The notes beneath the pieces were generated by a model, which searched no databases, was not told where the DNA came from, and saw nothing but the letters and a program-made list of their open reading frames with translations. DNA of 64,000 bases, taken from assembly GCF_006345805.1 (NCBI RefSeq), contig NW_021835966.1:5368-69367 (forward strand), written 5' to 3'. The position numbers and the translations under genes are program-made. Source of the stretch: Octopus sinensis. Lineage: Eukaryota. Positions within the stretch are counted from its first letter, which is position 1. The number at the start of each line of letters is the position of its first letter. Below, in pieces: positions 50,754 to 63,826 of the stretch.

Positions 50754-50940
50754 AACAAACCCTACACATATACGTATTTACAGCGTCCTATCCTACAGAT
50801 GCTGTGTGAGGGTCACCAAGGAGATACTTGCAGCTCAGAAAGTAACGAACTAGCACAAAGGAAGCAACATAAGTAAATAAAACAAATCTAGAATAAAATA
50901 ACGTAATCTGCATCAGAGAATCTGGCATTTAACACAGTTA

Positions 50941-51145
50941 TACTCTTTTACTTGTTTCAGTCATATGGCTGCGGCCATGCTGGAGCACCGCCTTTAATCG
51001 AGCAACTCGACCCCGGGACTTATTCTTTTGTAAGCCCAGTACTTATTCAATCGGTCTCTTTTGCCGAACCGCTAAGTGACGGGGACATAAACACACCAGC
51101 ATCGGTTGTCAAGCAATGCTAGGGGGGACAAACACAGACACAAAA

Positions 51146-51178
<33 letters not shown>

Positions 51179-51353
51179 CATATATACGACGGGCTTCTTT
51201 CAGTTTCCGTCTACCAAATCCACTCGCAAGGCATTGGTCGGCCCGGGGCTATAGCAGAAGACACTTGCCCAAGATGCCACGCAGTGGGACTGAACCCGGA
51301 ACCATGGAGTTGGTAAACAAGCTAATTTACCACACAGCCACTCCTGCGCCTAC
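50941..51353 (-). mobile_element. SINE family B, full length
   Basis: Homologous to the other family B copies. Confidence 0.9.
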
Positions 51354-51796
51354 GGTTGCAAATGATTAATAACTTTTTTAGCGTATCACTTAAAATTTAC
51401 GAAAAAAAACAAAAAATTAAAGAACTGACAAAATTTTACGGCGGTTCAATACATCAAGCATTTGAGGGAACATTAATAGCTTTAAAACAAGAACTCAAAG
51501 TCACTGAACAGAAAACATCGTTATCACAAGAAAAGGAAAAAAAAAACGTTCTATAGACTAAAGCACTAACCGTAAATTTTGTTTGTGTTCCACAAAATGT
51601 ACATTGGAGAATTAACAAAATCAATATATTCGCATAAGAACTCTAAAGAGCTTCAATCAGCTCTGAAATAGTAAAGAGTTTTAATTAGAATACATCGTAA
51701 CTTTGTGTGAAGAAGAAAGAATATTCTACCAGCATTGGCACTAAAATTTAAATAATGAACATTCAAACTGTTACCAGAGCTCTGGAAACTACATAC

Positions 51797-52028
51797 CTAT
51801 TGCTTTATTACCTACAAGGGGCTAAACACAGAGGGAACAAACAACGATAGGCAAACGGATTAAGTCGATTACATCGACGCCAGTGCGTAACTGGTACTTA
51901 ATTTATCGACCCCGAAAGGATGAAAGGCAAAGTCGACTTCAGCGGAATTTGAACTCAGAATGAGCAGCAGACGAAATACGGCTACACATTTCGCCCGGCG
52001 TGCTAACGTTTCTGCCAGCTCGCCGCCC
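51797..52028 (-). mobile_element. SINE family A monomer with TSD
   Basis: Flanks CTGGAAACTACATA / CTGGAAAACTACATA. Confidence 0.88.
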
Positions 52029-52327
52029 TGGAAAACTACATAATGGGTAGTCTACTTCGGAGACACCCAGATAGATGCTGGTAGACTGTTAACGTTTTAC
52101 AAAGGTTGGTAATATGGATATTGAAAAGAACTGTGCCATGCTAGTTTGACATATCACATTGGTTGATTTTGTAGGCATAAGATTGTAGTTCACACTTTGA
52201 GAGAAAACTATGTAAGTTTTGCATGAGGTATCTCAACGAAGACTATTGACAATACAATAAAGTCGGGGAATCTGGACCACCGGAAAGAATGTTGCATAGG
52301 AATGCGTCGAATAACTGTTGAAAAATA

Positions 52328-52559
52328 TATTTCTTTACTACCCACAAGGGACTAAACATAGAGGGGACAAACAAGGACAGACAAACGGATTATGTCGATT
52401 ATATTGAACCCAGTGCGAACTGGTGCTTTATTTATCGACCCCGAAAGGATGAAAGGCAAAGTCGACCTCGGCGGAATTTGAACTCAGAACGTAACGACAG
52501 ACGAAATAGCGCTAAGCATTTCGCCCGGCGCGCTAACGTTTCTGCCAGCTCGCCGCCTT
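52328..52559 (-). mobile_element. SINE family A monomer
   Basis: Full family A homology. TAACTGTTGAA on both sides. Confidence 0.88.
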
Positions 52560-52820
52560 AACTGTTGAAGAATAACTTTCAAGTATAAAGTGTAAGAACA
52601 AAGGTGACTGAAGAAACAAAAATGTCGAAATGGGGGTAAGATTTGTTGACAAAAAGAAATTAGATTATTTTATCCATTCGTCATTTCTTAGTTATTGTTA
52701 TTAACATACTTGCAAACATTCAGGCAATAATGGTCACGCTTCTTATTGAACGCCGAACATTTGTGTTCATTAAAACGTACCTACAAGTCATTCGTATTCA
52801 GAATATATATTCATGTCTCC

Positions 52821-53235
52821 GGCGGCGAGCTGGCAGAAACGTTATCACGCCGAGCGAAATGCGTAGCCGTATTTTATCTGGCGTTACGTTCTGAGTTCAA
52901 ATTCCGACGAGGTCGATTTTGCCTTTCATCCTTTCGGGGGTCGTTTAAATAAGTACCAGTTATGCACTGGGGTCGATATAATCGACTTATCCCTTTGTCT
53001 GTCCTTGTTTGTCCCCTCTGTGTTTAGCCCCTTTTGGGTAGTAAAGATATAGCTATTTCGTCTGTCGTTACGTTCTGAGTTCAAATTCCTCCGAGGTCGA
53101 CTTTGCCTTTTATCCTTTCGGAGCCGATAAATAAAGTACCAGTTTCGCACTGGGGTCGATGTAATCGGCTTAATCCATTTGTCTATCCTTGTTTGTCCCC
53201 TCTATGTTTAGCCCCTTGTGGGCAGTAAAGAAATA
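52821..53235 (+). mobile_element. SINE family A dimer
   Basis: Junction GTAAAGATATAG|CTATTTCGTCTG at ~53052. Confidence 0.88.
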
Positions 53236-54174
53236 CATATATTCCTATCTCCCTATGATTCTATCCCCTTTAGCAATAAATCCACACTCATTTCAAACAG
53301 GAATTTCTATGTTGTATATCCTCGGAACTTGAACAGCAAGAAACACTAACCTTTTCTTTTGAACTATGTAAAGACCTAAATTTACATTACTGGAAAACTG
53401 TTTTACTCTCAATATTTTCTGTTGATAAATGGAAGTTATCCCTAAGAAAACTTCATGGAAGAAAAATATTTTGCCTTTAGCAAGAGCGTTATGACGAGTC
53501 CGTTTTCTATAAATTCGATAACAATGCTACATTAATATGGAATGTAGCCTATTTTAAACTTGTGACCGTTACATCAATCACGTTCTGAAAGCTATGTTTT
53601 TGCAATCCAAGAGTAAATCTAGCTATAGTTTCACTGAGGCATAAAAGAAACTCAGAAATGTCACTGAATATGGTAATTATATAGCATTTCCCTTTTCTCA
53701 AATGTCATTAATTTACTGCCTTTCTATACAGCATGGTCTTGTTGTTCGATGCAGCATAATATTGTGCTGAAATAAGGAACAATAACAACCGTAAATAAGG
53801 CAGTTTGGGGCTAGGTATAGTTATTACACGTTATTAAATAAATAGCTAATAACACAATGATGGTGGGACTTTCCCTTGAAAGTTTTGCAAAGTGCAAATA
53901 TAATTTGCACTTTGATGTAGTGGTTTGACTCATATAATAGACGTAATGTTGGGGGATAGATGTCAGCTGACCAGCAGAACTGTGCCTTATTTGAAGACTC
54001 AATGAGAAACTGAACATTTTCACACAATCGCCTCGAAACATGAGCGCCTCCACCCGCGATATAAATTCACATTTATATAATACTTATTGTTCAAATTAGT
54101 TCTGTTAGGAAATGTATAAGTTTGAATATCGCAAATCTGGGGTTGTCTACGGGTGGAAAATGTAATCAAGAAAC

Positions 54175-54512
54175 AAGCATCTTACTGGTACTCCGTCTGT
54201 TACGAAGACGAAGGTTCCAGTTGATCCGATCAACGGAACAACTTGCTCGTACAAGTGGCTGAGTACTTCTCAGACACGCATAACCATATCAGTAACGTGG
54301 TTCGCCAGGAGATACAACGAGACACAGGGTGGGGCAAGGCTGGCTTTTTGAAATAAATATAGGTAGATTCATTTTTGCCGGGTGAGTGAACTGCAGAACG
54401 AGATAAAACGAGATAAAAATGTCTTGCTCAAGGACACAGCGCATCGCCGGGCTTCGAACTCACGGCCTCAGGATCACGAACCGAATACATCGAACCACCA
54501 AGCCACGCGTTT
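54175..54512 (-). mobile_element. tRNA-headed SINE family J
   Basis: Minus-strand head CGCGTGGCTTGGTGGTTCG...GAGTTCGAAGCCCGG then CTGTGTCCTTGAGCAAGACA, a motif common in SINE central domains. Confidence 0.65.
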
Positions 54513-54579
54513 TCAAGCATCTTACGACTATAAATTGTAAGACCAACGCAAAACTACGGAATAGTTCCCCAAAGTTAAT

Positions 54580-54784
54580 TTTTTTTGCACAAGGCCCGAA
54601 ATTTCTGGGGAGGGGCCAGTCGATTAGATCGACCCCAGTACGCAACTGATACTTAATTTATCGACACCGAAAGGATTAAAGGTATAGTCAACCTCGGCGG
54701 AATTTGAGCTCTGAGCGTGTAGACAGACGAAACACCGCTAAGTCTTTCGCCCGGCGTGCTAACGTTCTACTTTCCTCGCTGCCC
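54580..54784 (-). mobile_element. SINE family A, tail-2 variant
   Basis: Family A head and core followed by ...CCCCTCCCCAGAAATTTCGGGCCTTGTGC. Confidence 0.7.
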
Positions 54785-54830
54785 CCAACAAGTTCATTAA
54801 ATACCACTCGAGTTGATGCTTTTTCTTCAT

Positions 54831-55107
54831 TTAATCTAGTTTCTGCTCACGAGCTGTGGCCATGCTGGGACACCGCCATTCGGTGTTGTTACAGGATTTT
54901 ACTTCACGAATGCTTTTTAGCAATTGACATTTGGTGCATGAGAGAGTTTGATGCCGCTGCCCTCATCTGCACCTCCTGCCGTGAAGTGAGTTCATCTGGG
55001 ACACCTGACAGGAAGAGGTCCAGATTTATTTTGAAGACATCTGCATCCATCCCATGCAGGTCTCTCAGGTCCTTCGGGAGGATATTGAAGAGCTGTGGAC
55101 CCTGTTT
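54831..55107 (-). mobile_element. CR1-group LINE 3' end sharing its terminus with SINE B
   Basis: QGPQLFNILPKDLRDLHGMDADVFKINLDLFLSGVPDE...RAAASNSLMHQ...* (stop at 54904). 3' end GGCGGTGTCCCAGCATGGCCACAG. Confidence 0.75.
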
Positions 55108-55628
55108 AATCTTTAGAAAACAAATTCTTCCTTATAGGAAAAATTTCAAATAAGAAAATGAGAATGATGAAATATACGCAACCAATGTATAAGACTGGTT
55201 TACACTCTTTCTTGATATTGATTAACTCAAGTCTATCGTAGAAGAGAGATAGTAACTGACGGTTCTATGCACAGTGGCATAGAACACGAATTACCAAGAT
55301 TGCGAGGTTAAACATCGTAACCACACAATTATATAAGCACACTTATTTAAAAAAAAAAAAACAGATGTCTTAATTTTAGTGATTTGATAATAAATAATGA
55401 GGCAATTATTTTTGTTTACGTTCTCAGTTACTGAACAGAAAAGATAAATTTGATTATTGTAATATACATGATATAACGAGTTGGCTGCGCTTTGTCGCTG
55501 TTTGGAATAAGATAGCAACATTTTAAAAACATTTTCTACATGGCGACATATTATAGATTTAGAATAAAGAATTGTTGTAAAATTATATATTGCTATTCAT
55601 AAATATTTGCCAACATATCTTTTGACAT

Positions 55629-56350
55629 AGGTGCAAGTGTGGGTGTGTGGTTAGAAGCTTCGTTCCCAACCACATGGTTCGCGGTTCAGTTCCACTGCGT
55701 TGCACCTTGGGCAAGTATCCTCTGCTATCGCCTTGGGCTGGCCTTGTGAGTGGAACTGGTAGACGGAAACTGAAAGAAGTCCGTCGTATATATCTATATC
55801 TATCTATCTATCTATCTACGCCAGTTGAGTTCAATTCGTCTTAGTCGAAAGACGCCTGTTGTTATGTCCTATTATTATTATTTTTTTTTGTATTTATATT
55901 CGTGTGACATCGTCCGTTTTGCTGTCCTTGTTTCCTATACATTCGATCCTTTTTCCAAGGAATCTAATGCTCGTAGCTTAATTTTTCCTTGGGCTGGCCA
56001 GATTAGAGCAATCTCAAGATTAATCAGCCGAAATTGCGAGAATGATCCGGTTCTTGACTGAAGATTAGAGGCTTCGAATGACCCTCCCGTGTTTTTTGCA
56101 ACGTCTATTTGAATGTTTTACGTTCTTGTCCCATGTTGCATTTATATATATATATATATATATATACAACAAGCTTCTTTCAGTTATCTATAATATAAAT
56201 TGGACATGGGCGATCGTTGTATTCTTTCGTGTATGTGTGTGTGTGTGTTTGCCCTCCCACTCCACATCATCACTTGACAACAGGTGTTTGTGTGTTTACG
56301 CCCCAATAAGTCAGTTGTTCAGCCAAGTGACGGAAGCAAGTAAAAGAATA
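55629..56350 (+). mobile_element. Old SINE family B split in its microsatellite by a family I copy (55890-56100)
   Basis: B head at 55629-55790, family I, then decayed B 3' half at 56225-56350. Confidence 0.6.
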
Positions 56351-56713
56351 ACAAAATACCATCGCGTTCGTAAAAAATCTTCCTTAGCAGTTAACTGTCT
56401 TATATACTGAATAGAATTATATATATATATATATATATATATCGCAGAATATATATCAGTCACAGTACGAAATAAATACTGATGCGATGTCTGCGAGCTG
56501 TAGCTTTGTCTGAGATATTAAACAACTGAAAAGTAGAAAGTTTTCTCTCATTTTTTCTCTTTCAAAAGAATGAAGCCCCTCAAATGTCAGTTTCTTCCTC
56601 TCCCCTTCGTATTATCTACAATCTAACCCAAACTTGCATATTTCGTGGAATTTTCTGTATAGAATTCTGCTGTCAGTGACATACTCTATTGTAATATAAG
56701 ACGTATAAGTTGA

Positions 56714-56798
<85 letters not shown>

Positions 56799-57044
56799 GC
56801 GTAAATGTGGGGCAATGTGAATGAGTGCTCGACATTGTGTTGGTGGATAATATTTCATTATTTGTCTATTAAACCTACCGTTGATTTCATGTTAAAAAAA
56901 ATATCTGAATATCTTAAACATTTCAAGCCGGCCACAAGGAGTCATGGTGTTCGTCTGTGTGACTGTCTTGTAAACTTGTTACGGTATTAATATATACCCA
57001 ATGCTAGCCTTCATGCACAACTATATATATATGTATATATACAT

Positions 57045-57183
57045 AGGTGTGACTGTGTGGTAAGTAGCTTGCTTACGAACCACACGGTTACGGGTTCAGT
57101 ACCTTGGGCAAGTTTATTCTACTAAAGCCTCGGGTCGACCAGTGCCGTGTAAGTGAATTTGGTAGGCGGAAACTGAAAGAAAC

Positions 57184-57223
<40 letters not shown>

Positions 57224-57475
57224 ATGTGTGTGTATGTGTGTGTGTGTATGTGTGTGTGTGTGTATGTGTGTGTGTGTACATGTATATGTCTGTGTTTATC
57301 TCCCCCAATATTGTTTGACAACCGATGCTGGTGTGTTTACGTCCCCGTAACTTAGCCGTTCAGCCCCAAAAGGCCGATAGAATAAGTACTAGGCTTACAA
57401 AGAATAAGTCCTGGGGTTGATTTGCTCGACTAATGCTGGTGCTCCAGTATGGTCGCAGTGGACAGACAGAAACAA

Positions 57476-57478
<3 letters not shown>
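57045..57478 (+). mobile_element. SINE family B, full length, diverged
   Basis: Homologous to the other family B copies. Confidence 0.85.
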
Positions 57479-57506
<28 letters not shown>

Positions 57507-57570
57507 CGTTTAAATATTTGTTGTGCAAGATTTTATTGGCTAAACTGGCAATATGACCATTCCGAAATAT

Positions 57571-57615
<45 letters not shown>

Positions 57616-57738
57616 AATACATATAAATTAAAAATGAGGTTGAAGAATTAGATATTAATTTAAATAACATCGATTTCACACCAGTGGTCTAGCATATAAA
57701 AAAAAACTGAAGGTTCAGTAAAATTTTATTATATACAC

Positions 57739-57880
57739 ATTAGAAGGAAACCACTATGTAGACACTCTTATGCTAGAAATAGATCCGCTATGGTCTTACC
57801 TTGAGAACATTTCTTAGTGGTAAGACCATAGCGGATCTATTTCTAGCGTAAGGGTGTCCACATAGTGGTTTCCTTCTAAT
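57739..57880. mobile_element. Palindromic MITE family E, copy 2 (~62-bp arms, 18-nt spacer)
   Basis: ATTAGAAGGAAACCACTATG...AGATCCGCTATGGTCTTACC-ttgagaacatttcttagt-GGTAAGACCATAGCGGATCT...CATAGTGGTTTCCTTCTAAT. Confidence 0.85.
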
Positions 57881-57885
57881 ATGTA

Positions 57886-57916
<31 letters not shown>

Positions 57917-58312
57917 TTCCGCCTACCAGAATCATCCAGCGAACACCCACCATTGGTCATCACAGTTGCTCAAGGTAAAAATGAATTCCTCGCTCTTTCA
58001 GGAACATCAATTTTTTATATTGACTGCATTCCACCACTTTGATCTATTTTTTATATATCACCACCACGAACCACTGCATCATACACTTTAAACATATAGC
58101 ATGAACGAACTCACTTCAAACTAACTATGAACTGTATGATGTCTGACTCCATTGTGTATTATAAATGAATTTCTTATATTTGATAGCATGAACTATCTTT
58201 TTTTATATATAAATTTTTTTGATAAGGTTCATTTCAGGAACTGAACATGTTATAATGTATATATAAAAATTAAAATTGTATAATATAGCAGCATTTTCGA
58301 ACTTCATTTTTT

Positions 58313-58362
<50 letters not shown>

Positions 58363-59293
58363 TCTATGTACTATAACTGGTTCTACTCTTTAAAATTTTT
58401 GTTCTACATATATTCTAGAAATTTTCGGACCATAACCCTTCTCCGATCTCGAAACTTCGCCAATGCGTATGCGATATCATGCTTGTATCAACGAGCAGCT
58501 AAAGATATCAATTATATATATATATTTCCTCAATGATGGTTTCAACTTATATCATATCGTCTGAGAGGATGTTTTCAACCGCTAACTTATACTTTTTGAT
58601 ATATATTAGGAATAACATAAGTATATCTTTCCATTTCTTTCCATTTCTTTCCATTACTTGCTTCTACTTAGCCCAATAAATTCAATTATATATTTTTGAA
58701 ACTTTATTCTCAATATTATTTGCCTTTTTCCCTTTTTAAAGATATCGTCCATTTTCTTAATTGAAATCAAGTTCGACATCTTTCTTATCAACTAATGACT
58801 ATTGATGTTTTTTTTTTGTTTTTTGATATCAGTATATACGAATATTATTTTAAATATATTGTATTTTGTATCTCTGTAGTTTACAGAGAACGTTATTTTT
58901 TATATCATTAAATGTATTTTGGCAAAGTATTTTTTATTTTTTGTCGGAATGACTTCTGAAAATGTTAAATGACAGGCAATTTTAGAAGTTGATGTCATTT
59001 GAGCATTAAGTTGAAATGGAGATATTTGAGATAAGCAGTCATTGACAAAAAATTTGATTATTCTTCAGATATTGATGTATTATAGATTATGGGAGTTCAA
59101 GGTAGATTAGCATCTAAACTTGTCAATCTATCATATACTTGTGTCAGCTTTAATTTCGTAGCGCAAAAAACTGCAATCTGATTTAAAAGAGAGGATTTTA
59201 CACAAAAAGCAATCTAATATATAATCACTTCCAAAGAGATTTCTTTACAGCGCCTCTAATTATATGTTCGGATCTAATCAATAATATATACAA

Positions 59294-59349
<56 letters not shown>

Positions 59350-59552
59350 ATATATTATTCCTAGTTGTATCAAATAATAAAAATCGGAGACTATTATTTC
59401 AGTGAAGTAATTCATGAATATTTTTGAGACTTGTAGACATACAAACATTTGTACTACATAACTTTGAGTGTAAAATGTATTGGTAAAACAAATAGATATA
59501 CGGAAACGTTTCGAGAAACACACAGACGCACAGACGCATACACACACTAATA

Positions 59553-59789
59553 TATATTTCTTTACTACCCACAAGGTGCTAAACACAGAGAGGACAAACA
59601 AGGACAGACAAACGGGTTAAGTCGATTATATCGACACCAGTGCGTAACTGGTACTTATTTAATCGACCCCGAAAGGATGAAAGGCAAAGTCGACCTCGGC
59701 GGAATTTGAACTCAGAACGTAACTGCAGACGAAATACGACTAGCGCATTTCGCCCGGCGTACTAACGTTTCTGCCAGCTCGCCGCCTTA
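59553..59789 (-). mobile_element. SINE family A monomer
   Basis: Full family A homology. Confidence 0.88.
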
Positions 59790-60040
59790 CGCGCATTGAT
59801 ATATTTAAGTATGAATGCAGATATTATTCCCACCCCAACAAATACAACTACATAGTACAGAGACAAACACACAAGTGTTGTTAGAAGCTAAAGATTTGCT
59901 ATTTTGCTCTGCATTGGCTCTTATATCAAGATTCAAGTCAGCTAAGCAGTGACATAATACACCAAGCATATCTGTCAACTGAACTGTAACTGCTTATGCC
60001 ACCCAAATCTATAAGTAAATCGCATATTCTTTTATTCTAT

Positions 60041-60366
60041 AATTTTATTATTTATTTATGCACCCTTTTCAAGCCTAGCCAGGCTCATGGGCCCGCTTTC
60101 CCGGTTTCTATGGCGTATGTGGTCTCCCCTCCCAGCTGGACGGGACGCCAGTCCATCGCAGCGTTACTCAAGAAATAGGAAGAGAGAGTGAAAGAAAGTT
60201 GGAGCGAAAGAATACAACAAGGGTCGCCACCACCCCCTGCCGGAGCATCGTGGAGCTTTAGGTGTTTTCGCTCAATAAACACACACAACGCCCGGTCTGG
60301 GAATCGTAACCACGATCCTCCGACTGCGAGTCCGCTGCCCTAACCACTGGGCCATTTCGCCTCCAC
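60041..60366 (-). mobile_element. SINE family C, tail type i
   Basis: Homologous to 50445-50753. TTTATTCTAT on both sides. Confidence 0.85.
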
Positions 60367-60380
60367 CTTTATTCTATTAC

Positions 60381-60742
60381 CTATTTCTTTACTACCCACA
60401 AGGGGCTAAACACAGAGAGGACAAACAAGGACAGACAAACGGATTAAGTCGATTACATTGACCCAAGTGCGTAACTGGTACTTAATTTATCGACCCCGAA
60501 AGGATGAAAGGCAAAGTCGACCTCGGCGGAATTTGAACTCAGAACGTAGCGGCAGACGAAATAACTATTTCTTTACTACCCACAAGGGGCTAAACACAGA
60601 GAGGACAAACATGGACAGACAAAGGGATTAAGTCGATTACATTGACCCCAGTGCGTAACTGGTACTTAATTTATCGACTCCGAAAGGATGAAAGGCAAAG
60701 TCGACCTCGGCGGAATTTGAACTCAGAACGTAGCGGCAGACG
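60381..60742 (-). mobile_element. SINE family A dimer, 5'-truncated, within one 16-bp TSD
   Basis: ACCTTTATTCTATTAC at 60365-60380 and 60743-60758. Confidence 0.92.
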
Positions 60743-61225
60743 ACCTTTATTCTATTACTGTACGCAAATCACGTGAAGAATCTGTCTATTTCCATGCAAA
60801 ACCTGTGATGTATTCATATTTTAGTATCATATATGCAAAACACATAATACCTGGAAAGTGACTGTTGCCACTCACCTTTAAGACTAGATGAATAAAGGAA
60901 AATTTGCTTTCATTAAATTATTATCTTTCAGAATGTGTTAAATCTCGTATGTATTCAATAATCGATTTTAGCCAGCGGATATTTTGTAATTCTTTGATAA
61001 ATATCAATAGAAATTCTTGCAAGAACTTATCAGTTTTGATCTTTTGTTATAATTTTCAGAGTGACTCATTAATGCTGGACTGGAGAGAGTTTTATTTGTT
61101 ATTTAGAAATCAGATCTTTACTTAGAGAAAGAATTTATATTGTTAAAAGTACGCCATGATATATTTGAGAATCCTTATACACATGTAGGGATACGCAGGT
61201 ACTGATAGACATAGATAGATACATA

Positions 61226-61634
61226 GGATCTTTTCGGTTTGAACGACAGTTTTTTCTAGCGGTGTCATATGAAATTGTCACCCATAATTATGACCCTAGA
61301 ATCGATCTATTGCATTTCAATCTGTTTTAGGGTTAGGGGTGTGGGAAGAGTATCTTTTTTTCTTCACAAATGTAAATAAACCCAATCTGTTTCTTAAACG
61401 AGGGACATATTCATACGGCACAGAATGTTTTCACCTCAATAGACGGTCATTGATTGGTTGAAATTGCAGAAATTGCAGAAAAAAGACAACAAATATCTTA
61501 CAAACTATAGAATGTTCTCAATAAAGCCAAGAGAAAAAGATGTTTTATAAACACATTCTACCAGTATACGAAGTTAAAATGTTTTAGTTACCTAGAAATT
61601 ATGTTAAAAACTGCCGTTCAAACCAAAAAGATCC
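61226..61634. mobile_element. MITE family D, copy 3, 8-bp TSD
   Basis: GATACATA at 61218-61225 and 61635-61642. TIRs GGATCTTTTCGGTTTGAACG / CGTTCAAACCAAAAAGATCC. Confidence 0.9.
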
Positions 61635-61844
61635 GATACATACATGGCTTCGAGTATATTTAAGCAAGACTGAGACTCAGCTTGTTCTTGTTTAACCCTG
61701 GGTCACTCTTGATAAATGATGCATAAAATTCGTTGATTTTTCTATATGTATAGCAAAGAGCTCTTGGTAGACCTGATGCTTTTCGACGTTCCCATTTTCC
61801 AACTTACTGGAGAGAACTCGCACCTAATATCGGTTTACAATTTA

Positions 61845-62042
61845 GGAACAAGGCCAGCAATTTTGAAGGAGGGGGTCAAGTCGATTACATCGACCCCAGT
61901 ATTCAACAGGTACTTATTTTATCAACCACGAAAGGATGATACACAAAGTCGATTTCGGTGGAATTTGAACTCAGAACGTAATGATGGACGAAATGCTAGT
62001 GAGCATTTTTCCCAACGCGCTAACCATTCTGCCACCTCGCCT
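61845..62042 (-). mobile_element. SINE family A, tail-2 variant, diverged
   Basis: GTCGATTACATCGACCCCAG...GGAATTTGAACTCAGAACGTAA... Confidence 0.65.
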
Positions 62043-62414
62043 GCAACTAATACTAATCGACAAGAGAAGATTAACAAATCAACACGTGTTTTCATAGGTT
62101 AGAGATAGTAGCAATATCTTTCAACTGACACTCAATTCTCATTTAAAGAAAACAAAGGAAATTGGATAATGTAATTTGAAATGTATTATGTCTGGAAAAC
62201 AATGTGTATTATGGTTAGAATAACTTTACAAAGAGAGGTGCTTGTTTAGGTCTGATACGAATTAACAAATACAAGATGAATATACAAGAGTGCCTTTAAT
62301 TGGTCATTTCCGTCTAGAATAGCTGTAAAATTTGCAATAGATCACATTTGACCATCTTAAAAAAAAAAACTGATTGAATAATATGATACTGAGATTCTTG
62401 AACATATTTTAAAC

Positions 62415-62645
62415 TTGTTTCATTCATTTTCGCTGCAGCCATTCTGGAGCACCGCCATAAATGTTCTTTGTTTTTTTTTTGTGGAAGAAATCGAAAACTG
62501 GACTTATTTTTCAAGTTCTAGTATTTATTCTTTAGCCGAAACGCTAAGTTACAGGGACGTAAACAGATCAAAGCCGGTTGTCAAGCGGTGATGGGGAAGA
62601 AACACAATTACACGGACATGTGATAAACACACACACACACACACC

Positions 62646-62736
<91 letters not shown>

Positions 62737-62927
62737 CTATAGGTAGAATTTACAAAAGAAATCAAAAGACGAAGGCAGGTGTGTAAACAACAAAGAGGTG
62801 TATTAGTTTAACGCTCGGGAAGGTGAGAAAGTCTTTTAGGTTTCGGGCCTACGCTCTTCAACTGAAAGGAAAACACGCACACACACACACATACGCACAC
62901 AGACACACATAAACACACACACACACA

Positions 62928-62984
<57 letters not shown>

Positions 62985-63115
62985 GACAAGCTTCCTTCTG
63001 TTTACCAAATCCACTCACAAGGCCTTAGTTGGCCCGAGGCTGTTGTAACAGACACTGTCCCAAGGTGCTACGCAGTGAGAGTGAATCCAGAACCACGTAG
63101 CAAGCTTGCCAGCGC
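62415..63115 (-). mobile_element. Old SINE family B split in its microsatellite by family H (62738-62874; hammerhead-like motif 62833-62868)
   Basis: B tail at 62415-62610, (CA)/(TA), family H, (CA)/(TA), then B head at 62985-63115. Confidence 0.65.
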
Positions 63116-63826
63116 ATATACGAAAAAAAAATCAGTTATCAAATGTCCGTTGACTTTAGCGAGCACTGACACCAATCAACTAAATTCTGCCAAGAAGGAA
63201 GCCTCTATGTCGATGTTCGATCGATCTGAAAGCGTAATGAAAACTCTCTGAAATCACGACTTAACTGGGTTTTTAAAAAAATTTCCATGTTGAATTGCAT
63301 TACATAATAGATAGTCATGTCTTTTGAATTCATCGATGCCTTTCGATTCACTTGTTGTCCACGTATATTTTTTAGAATGATAATGCCAGTTAATCTTCAA
63401 GATGCCAGCTTTTAATTGATTAAACCTCACTGGATAAAACCTGATTTAGAAATCCTTGCAGGAATGTCAAGCATACATAGCTAGTAAGACATGTCATGTA
63501 CATCAGCCATTTATCATCAATATGGGATTGCATTTATGCATTAAAGGAATAACAATGAGGTATTTTATATCCATGTCGTGAACGAACGAAGTCAAATGAT
63601 GGAAATAATTCAGCCATTTTGAAAAACCTTTTTCTGTGAAGATTTTATATATAGTTTGTGCACGTGAATATAAATTATGTAAAAGGCGTTTGCCAGGCTG
63701 TCTGATGAAGAAACTTACACATTTATCGAGTTTTGCTGTAGTTCGTTCTGTAAAGAAGAAGCTCCGCAGATATATGGAACAACCATTTTCTACAGCGACA
63801 CCTTGTTAATCGTACGCTTGTACGCT

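Noticed and set aside
51380-52310. Possible very old R4-like LINE remnant around the SINE A at 51797
   Set aside because: Only vague peptide resemblance (LIALKQELK). Too degenerate to support as a feature.
52604-52640. CTGAAGA-a-ACA-aaaa-TGT-c-GAAA hammerhead-like core
   Set aside because: No stem I or stem III pairing around it, so likely chance.
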